From positions 5,058 to 69,057 of the forward strand of contig CAWBGJ010000008.1 in assembly GCA_963788325.1 (NCBI GenBank): 64,000 nt of DNA. Reading direction: 5' to 3'. Position numbers and translations under genes: made by a program. Below the pieces are notes generated by a model. The model was given only the letters and a program-made list of their open reading frames with translations. It was not told the DNA's origin and ran no database searches. The stretch comes from an uncultured Actinomycetes bacterium (GTDB lineage Bacteria; Actinomycetota; Actinomycetes; S36-B12; CAIYMF01). This document shows positions 20,456-30,948 of the stretch, in pieces; position 1 is the first letter of the stretch; each line of letters begins with the position of its first letter.

Positions 20456-21369
20456 CGACCGGCCGCCGTCCGCAGCAGCACGCCGGCGGCGATGTCGAGC
20501 ACGCACAGTGCGGCCAGGCGCACGGTGCGCCCGTCGGGGGCATCGGCGGTGGCGTCCACCTCGGTGAGGTCCATGCTGGCCACGCGGGGGTCGCGAGCGG
20601 CCAGTCGTGCGGCCGTTCTGAACTCGTGGGCGCTGATCCCACCGGGCAGCGAGGCCGGACAGGCCGGTGCCACGGCGCGGTCACAGACGTCGACGTCGAG
20701 GTCGACATGCACACGTCCGGTGGGCCCGGATCCGGCGATCTCGAGGGCCTGGGCCATGGCGTCGTCCATCCCTCGCCGGGCAAGGTCCGCACGGCTGATC
20801 ACGGTGATGCCATGCTCCCGGGCGCGATCGGAGTAGTACGCGGAGTTGGCGAAGTCCGCGATCCCGATCTGCACCGTGCGCTGCCCGGCCAGGCCGAGCT
20901 CGAGCAGCTCGCGCACCGGCGAGCCGTTGGAGCGACCCTCGCGCAGGTCGTGATGAGCGTCGAGGGTGATCAGGCCGTCAGTGCAGGCGCCGTGCGCCAC
21001 GGAGCTCGTGATCGAGTTGTCCCCACCGAGGGCGAGGACCAGGGCGTCGGGGAACAGTCGGACGGCCTCGACGGTCTCGCGCCGACCTCGGTCGGTGTCC
21101 GGTTCCGACACGTCGCCGAGGTCGATGAGCATGAGGTCGCGCAGGTCGAGCTGCTCGCTGGCCAGATGCGTCGCGAACCGCGCGAGGGCGGCGCGCACCG
21201 CGGCGGGTGTGCGGTCGGCCCTGGTCCGGGACAGGGAGGTCGCGTGGGCCGGCACGCCGAGCAGGGTCATCTGCGGCCGGCGCGGGTTCTGCTCGCGCGG
21301 CCAGCCGTGCTCGGCGGTGCAGGCCCCGATCCACGCTGACGCGCGGGGCCAGTGCGGGTCCTCAGCCAC
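20452..21369 (-). CDS. hutG: Formimidoylglutamase (arginase-family HutG)
   Basis: 305 aa. Arginase-family Mn-ligand blocks LGGDNS, DAHHDLR and DLDVDVCD. It is the last gene of the hut cluster and overlaps hutI by 8 nt. Confidence 0.75.
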   Translation of the reverse strand: MAEDPHWPRASAWIGACTAEHGWPREQNPRRPQMTLLGVPAHATSLSRTRADRTPAAVRAALARFATHLASEQLDLRDLMLIDLGDVSEPDTDRGRRETVEAVRLFPDALVLALGGDNSITSSVAHGACTDGLITLDAHHDLREGRSNGSPVRELLELGLAGQRTVQIGIADFANSAYYSDRAREHGITVISRADLARRGMDDAMAQALEIAGSGPTGRVHVDLDVDVCDRAVAPACPASLPGGISAHEFRTAARLAARDPRVASMDLTEVDATADAPDGRTVRLAALCVLDIAAGVLLRTAAGR

Positions 21370-22662
21370 GGTCGCGCCCCGGCTCCGGGCGCATCGGCGC
21401 GCCCGCGCGCCACACCTGGTCGATCAGGTCCACGCCCGGACGGTACGCCAGGTGCACGTGGCTCGGGGCGTCGAGCGCGATCAGGTCGGCCGGACCGCCG
21501 ACGCGGATCCTGCCCACGTCAGTGCGCCGCAGCGCCGCCGCGCCGCCGACGGTGGCCGCGGCCAGTGCCTCCGCCGGAGTCATGCGCATCTGGCTGACCG
21601 CCAGGGCGATGCACAGCGGCATGGAGGTGGTGTAGCTCGTGCCCGGGTTGCAGTCGGTGGCCAGGGCGACCGTGGCCCCTGCGTCCAGCAGGCGGCGGGC
21701 GTCGGGGAAGGGCGAGCGCGTGCCGAGCTCGGCCCCGGGCAGCAGGGTGGCCACCGTCGCGGAGTCGGCCAGGGCGGCGATGTCCGCTGCGGACAGGTGG
21801 GTGCAGTGGTCCGCCGAGGCGGCGCCGTGGGCCGCCGCCAGCGCGACGCCCGGGCCGGGGCGCAACTGGTTGGCATGCACCCGCAGTCCCAGCCCGGCCG
21901 CAGCGGCTGCGGCGAGCACGACGTGTGCCTCGACCGCGTCGAACGCGCCGCGCTCGACGAACACGTCGGCCCAGCGCACGTGCGGGGCGCAGGCGTCCAG
22001 CATCGGGCCGGTGAGCAGGGCCAGGTAGCCGGCGCGGTCGCCGGCGAACTCGGCCGGGATGACATGGGCACCCAGGAACGTGACCTCGTCGGTGAACTCC
22101 CCGGCGATCCGGGCGGCCCGTTGCTCGTCGGCGACCGTCAGGCCGTATCCCGTCTTGACCTCGAAGGTGGTCGTGCCGCTGGCCACGAGTTCGGCGACGA
22201 GCCGGCGTACGCCCGCGCGCAGGCTGTCGTCACTGGCCGCACGAGTGGCGGCCACGGTTGCGTGGATGCCGCCTGCTGTATAGCTCCGGCCCGCCATCCG
22301 GGCGGCGAACTCGGCGGCTCGGTCCCCGGCGAACACCAGGTGCGCGTGGCTGTCGACGAACCCGGGGATGACTGCTGCCCCGGCGGCGTCGTACCGCTCG
22401 TCGCACGCCGGAGCCTGGGAGGTCGGCCCGATCCACTCGACGCGCCCGTCCTGCACGACGACGGCCGTCTCAGCGCGGATACCCAGCGCCCACTCGTCGC
22501 GGCCGCTGGCCGGCGGTGCACCGGCCGGGTCGTTGGTGACGAGCTCCCCGATGCCCGCGAGCAGGAGGCTGGCGCCGCCCCGGGACGGCGTGGGGGTCCT
22601 TGCATCATCGATCCGGCGTTCCAAGTGCCCGATCGATGATGCAAGGGTGGGATCCATCGCGG

Positions 22663-22666
<4 letters not shown>
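21362..22666 (-). CDS. hutI: Imidazolonepropionase
   Basis: 434 aa amidohydrolase with [27 protein letters not shown] and HCTHL blocks. Confidence 0.92.
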
Positions 22667-24330
<1,664 letters not shown>

Positions 24331-24367
24331 CGCGAGCCTCCTGTCAGGGTCATGCCATCACGCCCGT

Positions 24368-24416
24368 TCTGCGTAGTCGATTCGAGCAACTAAACTGCCC
24401 GAATCGACTACGCAGA
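24368..24416 (-). other. Perfect 17-bp inverted repeat with a 15-nt loop between hutH and hutU
   Basis: TCTGCGTAGTCGATTCG (24368-24384) pairs with CGAATCGACTACGCAGA (24400-24416). It is visibly less GC-rich than its surroundings and has no U-tract. Confidence 0.75.
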
Positions 24417-24428
24417 CTGCGCGCGGCG

Positions 24429-26000
24429 TCAGTCCAGCGGGCCGATCGCGGCGGTCACTGCGTCCAGGAGGGTGCCGTCCGCGAGCAGTTCGTCGGCTGC
24501 GCGCAGCTCGTCGGACACGATGCGGTCGGGTCCGGGTCCCGCGACGATCGTGCGCAGCGCAGCCAGGGCAGCCGAGGTGCCCGCTGCCGGCACGAGGGGG
24601 CCGCGCAGGTCCAGGGCGCGGGCAGCGGTGACCAGCTCGATCGCCAGCACCTGGCGCAGGCCGCGGACAGCCGCGGTCAGTGCACGACCGGCGGCCCAGC
24701 CCATCGAGACATGGTCCTCCTGCATCGCGGAGCTGGGGATCGAGTCGACGCTGCTGGGCACCGCCAGCCGCTTGAGCTCCGAGACGATCCCGGCGGCCGT
24801 GTACTGGGCGATCATGTACCCGGAGTCCACACCCACCTCGTGGGCCAGGAACGCCGGCAGGCCCTGGTTGCGGTTGCGGTCGAGCAGCCGGTCAGTGCGT
24901 CGCTCGCTGATCGAGGCGACGTCCGCGACCGGGATGGCCAGGAAGTCCAGCACGTGCGCGATCGGGGCGCCGTGGAAGTTGCCGTTGGACTCCACCCGAC
25001 CGTCGCCGGTGATCACCGGGTTGTCGATGACCGCGGCCATCTCGCGCTGGGCCACAGCGCGGGCGTGGGCCAGGGTGTCGCGCAGCGACCCGGTCACCTG
25101 CGGTGCGCAGCGCAGCGAGTAGGCGTCCTGCACCAGGTGCGTGCGGTCGTGTCGGTGGCTGGCCACGATCGGCGAGCCGGCCAGCAGTCGGCGCAGGTTC
25201 GATGCCGAGACGGCCTGTCCGGCGTGCGGACGCATTGCGATGAGATCGGCGGCGAAGGCGCGGTCGGTACCCAGCAGGGCCTCGACGCTCATGGCCGCCG
25301 TCACGTCGGCGACCCCGGCCAGGGCCTCGAGGTCGGCCAGCGCCAGCACGAGCATCCCGAGCATGCCGTCGGTGCCGTTGATCAGGGCCAGTCCCTCCTT
25401 CTCGACCAGGGTCACCGGGCCCAGCCCGGCCGCCGCCAGCGCCGGGCCCGCCGCTCGCGCGCTCCCGTCCTCGGCGAGCACCCAGCCCTCGCCCTGCAGG
25501 ACCAGGGCCACGTGCGCCAGGGGAGCGAGGTCACCGCTGCAGCCCAGCGAGCCGAACTCATGCACGGCCGGCACGATCCCGGCGTTGAGCAGGTCGGTCA
25601 GCGCCTGCACCAGCTCGGGGCGCACCCCGGTCGCTCCGGTGGCCAGCGTGCGCAGCCGCAGCGCCATCATCGCCCGGACGGTGGCCGGTTCGACCAGGGC
25701 GCCGGTCCCGGCGGCATGCGAGCGGGTGAGGCTCACCTGCAATGCGGTCCGCCGCTCGGCGGGGATCGCGACCGTGGCCAGGGCCCCGAAGCCTGTGGAG
25801 ACCCCGTAGGTGGGTTCGGGCCGGCCTGCCAGCGCCACGATGTGGGCCCGGCCGGCGGCGACCCGCTCGAGGGTGGCCGCGCCCACGGTCACGGTGGCAC
25901 CCGCCCGCGCCACGCTCGTCAGCGTGTCTAGGTCGAGGGTCTCGAGGTCGACGGGAGTGGGCGGACCGGGGGGCACCATGGGTCCATGCCTAGCACTCAC
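24429..26000 (-). CDS. hutH: Histidine ammonia-lyase
   Basis: 523 aa. The MIO region reads GSLGCSGDLAPLAH, within a class-I lyase fold. The start is either GTG 26000 or ATG 25979. Confidence 0.93.
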   Translation of the reverse strand: MSARHGPMVPPGPPTPVDLETLDLDTLTSVARAGATVTVGAATLERVAAGRAHIVALAGRPEPTYGVSTGFGALATVAIPAERRTALQVSLTRSHAAGTGALVEPATVRAMMALRLRTLATGATGVRPELVQALTDLLNAGIVPAVHEFGSLGCSGDLAPLAHVALVLQGEGWVLAEDGSARAAGPALAAAGLGPVTLVEKEGLALINGTDGMLGMLVLALADLEALAGVADVTAAMSVEALLGTDRAFAADLIAMRPHAGQAVSASNLRRLLAGSPIVASHRHDRTHLVQDAYSLRCAPQVTGSLRDTLAHARAVAQREMAAVIDNPVITGDGRVESNGNFHGAPIAHVLDFLAIPVADVASISERRTDRLLDRNRNQGLPAFLAHEVGVDSGYMIAQYTAAGIVSELKRLAVPSSVDSIPSSAMQEDHVSMGWAAGRALTAAVRGLRQVLAIELVTAARALDLRGPLVPAAGTSAALAALRTIVAGPGPDRIVSDELRAADELLADGTLLDAVTAAIGPLD

Positions 26001-26017
26001 GGCTCGGCGTGCGCTGG

Positions 26018-26827
26018 TCAGCGGGCGCGCAGGTACAGCACCTTCTGATTGGACCCTGACGAGCGGCGCTCCTCGGTGGTGAACAGGTCCGTGCGGTTGC
26101 GCACCAGGTCCGAGAGCTTGCGGTAGCCGTACAGGCGGGGGTCGAAGTCCGGCTGCAGCTTGTTCAGGTAGTTCCCGAAGGTCCCCAGATGGGCCCAGCC
26201 CTCGTCGTCCACGGACTGCTCCAAGGCGCTGAGCACGAACTTCTTCGGCAGCTTCTGCCGGGTGGGCCGATCGGTCTCGGCCGTGACCGTCGCCGCCGGT
26301 GCGGCGGACTCCGTCGACGCGCGCTCGGGCGGCTCAGGCTCCACCGATCGCCCACCGTCACGCAGGACCTCGACGAACACGAACCGGTGGCAGGCGTTGC
26401 GGAACGCCTCCGGGGTCTTGCGCTCGCCGAAGCCCAGGACCATCAGGCCCTCCTCGCGCAGCCGCATCGCCAGGCCCGTGAAGTCGCTGTCGGAGGTCAC
26501 CAGGCAGAACCCGTCGAAATTGCCGCTGTAGAGCAGGTCCATCGCGTCGATGATCAGCGTGCTGTCGGTGGCGTTCTTGCCCGTGGAGTAGGCGAACTGC
26601 TGCACCGGCTTGATCGCGTTGCGCTGCAACACCTTCTTCCACGCCGAGCTGGTGGGGGCGGTGAAGTCCCCGTAGATGCGCCGCACGATCGCGTCGCCGA
26701 ACCGGGCCACCTCGGCGAGCAGCGCCTCGATGACGGCGGCCTGCGCGTTGTCGGCGTCGATGAGCACAGCCAGGCGCAGGTGGCTGCCCTCGGTGTCGTG
26801 GTCGGGACTGCGGCGGGGGGTGGCCAT
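26018..26827 (-). CDS. NYN (LabA-like, PIN-fold nuclease) domain protein with a C-terminal OST-HTH/LOTUS domain
   Basis: 269 aa. LAVLIDADNA...FCLVTSDSDFTGLAMRLRE is the NYN core. The C-terminal WAHLGTFGNYLNKLQPDFDPRLYGYRKLSDLV is OST-HTH-like. Confidence 0.8.
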   Translation of the reverse strand: MATPRRSPDHDTEGSHLRLAVLIDADNAQAAVIEALLAEVARFGDAIVRRIYGDFTAPTSSAWKKVLQRNAIKPVQQFAYSTGKNATDSTLIIDAMDLLYSGNFDGFCLVTSDSDFTGLAMRLREEGLMVLGFGERKTPEAFRNACHRFVFVEVLRDGGRSVEPEPPERASTESAAPAATVTAETDRPTRQKLPKKFVLSALEQSVDDEGWAHLGTFGNYLNKLQPDFDPRLYGYRKLSDLVRNRTDLFTTEERRSSGSNQKVLYLRAR

Positions 26828-26900
26828 GGGGCCAGCCTGTCACCTCCAGCGGCGCCGGTGCCGCCGGGGCGCCGTCGGCCGCCTGCCGGTCCAGCTCAGT

Positions 26901-26976
26901 TGTCCGATTCGGACACGCGCTGGCCGCCCGCGGACACAGGTGTCCGAATCAGCCACTCAAGTGTCCGGATCGAGGC
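26901..26976. promoter_or_regulatory. Three phased copies of a 15-bp palindrome TGTCCGAwTCGGACA (candidate operator array)
   Basis: Copies at 26901-26915 (perfect palindrome), 26941-26955 (13/15) and 26962-26976 (10/15, left half intact). A reversed half-site at 26931-26937 forms CGGACAC-AG-GTGTCCG with the second copy. Start-to-start spacings are 40 and 21 bp. Confidence 0.6.
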
Positions 26977-26979
26977 TGC

Positions 26980-27001
26980 TCTACATGGTCTCTACATGGT
27001 C
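26980..27001. repeat. Perfect 11-bp tandem duplication TCTACATGGTC x2
   Basis: Read directly, immediately after the operator array in the NYN/DUF4395 divergent region. Confidence 0.85.
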
Positions 27002-27205
27002 GTCGGAGCCGCCCGGTGTCTGCTGCCGGGTCGGCGGATCGCCGCGGGCCGCATGTGAGGTTAGACTCGCCTCATGTATCGGGTGCTCCTCACCAGGCGG
27101 CGGGTCATCGACCACGGCCGCATGGGCACCTGCCTGTGTCGAATGCGCTGAGCACGGCCTCGTCCCCACCTGTTCGCGCCCCCACAGACCTCCCGGAGCC
27201 CCGCC

Positions 27206-27727
27206 ATGCCTGCCCTGCCCCTGTCCTCGTCCACGCCCACCGCCACTTCGTCGACTGCGCCCACCGGCGCCAGTGCCACGGCCCCCGCCACCGCCGTTCA
27301 CCCCGCACCGCCCGCGGGTGGGATCGACCCGCGCGGTCCCCGGTTCGGTGCCGGTGTGACCACCGTCGTGCTGTCCGCCGCGCTGGTGCTGGCCTCACCG
27401 GTGCTCCTCGCCCTGCAGGCCGTGGTCTTCGCAATCGGTGCGCTCGCCGGCCCCGCGCAACAGCCCTACGGCCTGCTGTTCAAGCGGTTCGTGCGGCCCA
27501 GGCTGGCGGCCCCGACGCACCTCGAGCACCCTGCTGCCCCTCGCTTCGCCCAGGCCTGTGGTCTGGCATTCAGCCTGGTCGGCCTGCTCGGGTTCGCCGT
27601 GGGCTGGCAGTGGCTGGCACTGGGGGCGACCGCCTTCGCGCTGGCAGCAGCCTTCCTGAACGCGGCTTTCGACTTCTGCATCGGCTGCGAGATCTACCTG
27701 CGCGCCCAGCGCCTGCGCCGCGCCTGA
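27206..27727 (+). CDS. DUF4395 domain-containing membrane protein
   Basis: 173 aa. IDPRGPRFGAG, several TM segments and the C-terminal FDFCIGCEIY motif typical of DUF4395. Confidence 0.8.
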   Translation: MPALPLSSSTPTATSSTAPTGASATAPATAVHPAPPAGGIDPRGPRFGAGVTTVVLSAALVLASPVLLALQAVVFAIGALAGPAQQPYGLLFKRFVRPRLAAPTHLEHPAAPRFAQACGLAFSLVGLLGFAVGWQWLALGATAFALAAAFLNAAFDFCIGCEIYLRAQRLRRA

Positions 27728-27871
27728 CCTCCTCACCGCACCCCATCGGTCATCGGTGACGGTGCGTGTCTCACCTAGGCGCCACCCGGCCAACGTCAGG
27801 CGCGATCCGGGCAGATATGGCCGAACTCAGACCAAGATCACCAAATCTGTCGGGGCGCGGACCGGGGCGGC

Positions 27872-28108
27872 TCAGGCCTCGCTCCAGTAGCCGTTCGCGG
27901 CAGCCACGGTCTGGAAGTTGATCGCGATCACTTTGGACGCCTCTGTGAGGCTGTCCGCATCGTTGGCGTACACGTCACGCAGCCTGGCGCGCACCTCGTC
28001 GTTGGGCTGGGTGACCTTGACGCCCATCCGCGACAGCTTCACGGCCAGGTCCCAGCCCGCCTGAGCGTCGGCAGTGATGAGGCTGGTCAGCCATGGGTTC
28101 GACATCAT
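27872..28108 (-). CDS. Small hypothetical protein (78 aa)
   Basis: Internal ATGATG at 28108 preceded by AGAGGA. GC3-rich codons throughout. The N-terminal extension given in the ORF track is Pro/Gly/Arg-rich and unlikely to be coding. Confidence 0.6.
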   Translation of the reverse strand: MMSNPWLTSLITADAQAGWDLAVKLSRMGVKVTQPNDEVRARLRDVYANDADSLTEASKVIAINFQTVAAANGYWSEA

Positions 28109-28229
28109 GGGTCCTCTGCTCGGCGGTCCGGGCTCGCACGCTCCAACGCCCGCCAGCGTACTGTCCGCCCTGCCGCCGTCGCCCGGCGGAGTTGGGGCCT
28201 GGATGGGGCTGAGCGGAGCACGAGCAGCG

Positions 28230-28604
28230 TCAGGTGGCCTTCCCGGCGCCATAGACCAGCGCTTGGGCGCCCTCGGCCAGGATCTCGTCGACGAAGGAGG
28301 CCGCCCCGGCCAGGCGTGTCCCGGCCAGCAGGTCGGCGACCACCAGCCCGCGGCGGGCCGCGCACTGCGTGCAGACGGTCAGCGTGCCCTGCGCCAGGAT
28401 CGTGTCGCGCAGCTCTGCCAGGGGCATCGACCCCGGCAGTTCGAAGGCCTCGGCGCGACCCGCAGTCGCCAGCCAGGTGGCCTCACCGGTGAGCCAGACC
28501 GACACGTCGGCCCCGGAGGCCATCGCCGTGGCGGCGACCGTGAACGCCTGCGAGCAGGGCTCGGGATCGGTGGTGGTGCACTTGATGACGAGGCTTCGGG
28601 TCAC
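28230..28604 (-). CDS. DsrE/DsrF-like sulfur-relay family protein
   Basis: 124 aa. LVIKCTTTDPEPCSQAF N-terminus and a CTQCAARRG block, with the size and pattern of the DsrE family. Confidence 0.7.
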   Translation of the reverse strand: MTRSLVIKCTTTDPEPCSQAFTVAATAMASGADVSVWLTGEATWLATAGRAEAFELPGSMPLAELRDTILAQGTLTVCTQCAARRGLVVADLLAGTRLAGAASFVDEILAEGAQALVYGAGKAT

Positions 28605-28667
28605 GGGCCCAGACTCGCACCTGCTGCGGCCACCAGCCAGTCCACGCCCCGGTCTAGACTTGCGTCC

Positions 28668-28775
28668 GTGGACGCCATCGAGATCTTCTTCACCACCCTG
28701 CTGGTGCTGGTCAGCATCCTGATCACGTGGTTCGCCGGCTACGTGGTCTACAAGCTGTACAAGGGCCAGGCCTGA
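28668..28775 (+). CDS. Small single-TM membrane protein (35 aa)
   Basis: GTG start. VDAIEIFFTTLLVLVSILITWFAGYVVYKLYKGQA is a hydrophobic helix with a basic tail. It ends 2 nt before the next gene. Confidence 0.4.
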   Translation: MDAIEIFFTTLLVLVSILITWFAGYVVYKLYKGQA

Positions 28776-28777
28776 GC

Positions 28778-29338
28778 GTGGGGCATCAGCCGAGCGATCC
28801 GACTGCGCCGGACCTGCCCGCGGAGCTGGCCCACCTGTCCTGGCTGATCGGTAGCTGGGGTGGCATCGGGGAGGGCGGCTACCCGAGCATCTCGCCGTTC
28901 CGCTACGAGCAGGTCGTGGAGTTCGCCACCGATGGCCGCCCGTTCCTCGAGTACCGCTCGATGTCCTGGTTGGTCGATGAGCAGAACAACCGGATCCGGG
29001 CCAGCGCCACCGAGTCGGGCTACTGGCGCCCCCGGCCCGACAACGGGGTGGAGGTGCTGCTGGCCCACCCGACCGGGTTCGCGGAGGTGTGGATCGGTCG
29101 CGTGGAGGTCACCGCGATCCACGATGCGCGGGTGACCGGAGCGCGCATCGAACTCACCACGGATGCCGTGGTGCGCACCGAGTCAGCCAAGGAGGTCTCG
29201 GCCGGCCACCGTCTCTACGGCCTTGTCGACGGTCGGCTGCTGAGCACCTACGACATGGCGGCCGTGGGCCGTCCGCTGAGCAACCACCTGGCCGTCTCGC
29301 TCGAGCCGGTGCGTCCGGGAGCAGTCCGACAGTCATGA
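28778..29338 (+). CDS. Nitrobindin/FABP-like heme-binding beta-barrel protein (DUF1794)
   Basis: 186 aa from GTG 28778. LSWLIGSWGGIGEGGYPSI...YWRP and the C-terminal RLYGLVDGRLL are typical of the actinobacterial nitrobindin family. Confidence 0.75.
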   Translation: MGHQPSDPTAPDLPAELAHLSWLIGSWGGIGEGGYPSISPFRYEQVVEFATDGRPFLEYRSMSWLVDEQNNRIRASATESGYWRPRPDNGVEVLLAHPTGFAEVWIGRVEVTAIHDARVTGARIELTTDAVVRTESAKEVSAGHRLYGLVDGRLLSTYDMAAVGRPLSNHLAVSLEPVRPGAVRQS

Positions 29339-29826
29339 GTGAGCCGGGCCAGGACTTCGACGCGAGTCTGAGGTCCGCCGGCCTGCGCAGCACTGTCCAA
29401 CGCCGGGCGGTCCTGGCCGCCCTGCACGACCTGGGCCACGCGACCGTCGATGACCTCGCTGCCCACGTGCAGCGCCGACATCCCGACGTGAGCCTGTCCA
29501 CGATCTACCGCACGGTCGAGTCCCTCGATGAGGCCGGGCTGGTCACGCACGCGCACCTGCACCACGGCTCGCCGACCTACCACTGGGTGGACGAGGCGGC
29601 GCACCTGCACCTGGTCTGCACCCGGTGCGAGCGGGTCGACCAGCAGCCCGCCGAGATCGCCGACTCGATGGCGGCTGCGCTGCTGGCCGCGACCGGATTC
29701 GTCGTGGAGGTGCCGCACCTGGCGGTGCACGGGCTCTGCGCGCAGTGCGCTGCGGAGTCGACACCTGCGAGCACGCCGGCCGGATCGGGAAGCCCAGCGC
29801 CGCCCACAGCGTTGTCCCCGACGTGA
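29335..29826 (+). CDS. Fur family transcriptional regulator
   Basis: 163 aa. Its ATG overlaps the upstream stop as ATGA. RSTVQRRAVLAAL winged helix, HLHHG metal site, and two CxxC pairs (CTRC, CAQC). Confidence 0.85.
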   Translation: MSEPGQDFDASLRSAGLRSTVQRRAVLAALHDLGHATVDDLAAHVQRRHPDVSLSTIYRTVESLDEAGLVTHAHLHHGSPTYHWVDEAAHLHLVCTRCERVDQQPAEIADSMAAALLAATGFVVEVPHLAVHGLCAQCAAESTPASTPAGSGSPAPPTALSPT

Positions 29827-30860
29827 CCCCAGCTACTGCGATCCCGGCCCCGCCCGACTCGATCGATGCCGGCGTGCCCTGGCACTACGGCGATCCCTTC
29901 GCTGAGCAGCGTGCGCTGACCGAGGGCATCGGTGGGGTCGACCTCAGCCACCGCGACGTCCTCTCGGTCGGTGGGGCCGATCGGCTGACCTGGTTGCACA
30001 GCCTGAGCACCGCGCACCTGCTCGACCTGCCCGCCGGGGCCTCCCGACTCGTGCTCATCCTCAGCCCGCACGGCCACGTGGAGCATGAGGTGCACCTGGT
30101 CGAGACCGGCGATGAGGCGCTGCTCTCGGTGGAGCCTGGCCTTGGCTCGGCCCTGGCGGCCTACCTGGACAGCATGCGCTTCATGATGCGCGTGCAGGTC
30201 GATCCCCGTCCGGACCTCGCGGTGCTCTGGGAGCCCATCGCGGCGCCGGACCCCGCCGGTCTGCCGACATGGGTGGTGCCCGGTGAGTACCGGACTGGGG
30301 GCACGCCCACACCTTCGGGCAGCGACCGGGGTGGGGACGCCGCACGGTACGTCGCCCACCGACCCGCGGACTTCTCCGGCCGGGAGGTGATCGTGCCGCG
30401 CGAACATGCCACCAGCCGCCTCGCGCAGGCCGGTCGGCCAGCGGGCACGTGGGCCCTGGAGGCCTTGCGGGTGGCCGCGGCGGTGCCCCGGATCGGTCGG
30501 GAGACCGACCACCGGACCCTGCCGCACGAGGTCGGCTGGATCGGCTCTGCGGTGCACCTGGCCAAGGGCTGCTACCGCGGTCAGGAGGCGGTCGCCCGCG
30601 TGCACAACCTCGGCCGCCCGCCGCGCCGGCTCGCGCTGGCGCACCTCGACGGGGCTGCCGGGATCCTGCCCAGCCACGGTGACGAGGTGCGCATCGGCGA
30701 CCGGGTCGTGGGCTGGGTCGGCACGGCCGCCCAGCACCACGAGTGGGGCCCGATCGCCACCGTGGTGATCAAGCGGTCCGCGGACCCCACGGCGGACCTG
30801 CTGATCCGGTCCACCGACGGGGAGGTCGTTGCCGCCCAGGAGGTCGTAGTCGCCCCGTGA
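29823..30860 (+). CDS. ygfZ: Folate-binding YgfZ (GcvT-like, Fe-S cluster maintenance) protein
   Basis: 345 aa. Its GTG overlaps the Fur stop as GTGA. DLSHRDVLSVGGADRLTWLHSL and KGCYRGQE motifs. Confidence 0.85.
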   Translation: MTPATAIPAPPDSIDAGVPWHYGDPFAEQRALTEGIGGVDLSHRDVLSVGGADRLTWLHSLSTAHLLDLPAGASRLVLILSPHGHVEHEVHLVETGDEALLSVEPGLGSALAAYLDSMRFMMRVQVDPRPDLAVLWEPIAAPDPAGLPTWVVPGEYRTGGTPTPSGSDRGGDAARYVAHRPADFSGREVIVPREHATSRLAQAGRPAGTWALEALRVAAAVPRIGRETDHRTLPHEVGWIGSAVHLAKGCYRGQEAVARVHNLGRPPRRLALAHLDGAAGILPSHGDEVRIGDRVVGWVGTAAQHHEWGPIATVVIKRSADPTADLLIRSTDGEVVAAQEVVVAP

Positions 30861-30892
30861 GCTGCCTGGCGATGTGGTGCGCGCGGTGTCGC

Positions 30893-30948
30893 GCGGATGA
30901 GGTGCCGGCGATGAGGTGCTCGCGATGAGGTGCCGGCGATGAGGGCGG
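30893..30948 (+). repeat. 14-nt tandem repeat (about 4 copies of GGCGATGAGGTGCC) filling the ygfZ-dtd spacer
   Basis: GATG recurs at 30896, 30910, 30924 and 30938, with a degenerate copy at 30868. The repeat creates three overlapping 5-codon ORFs; see findings. Confidence 0.9.
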
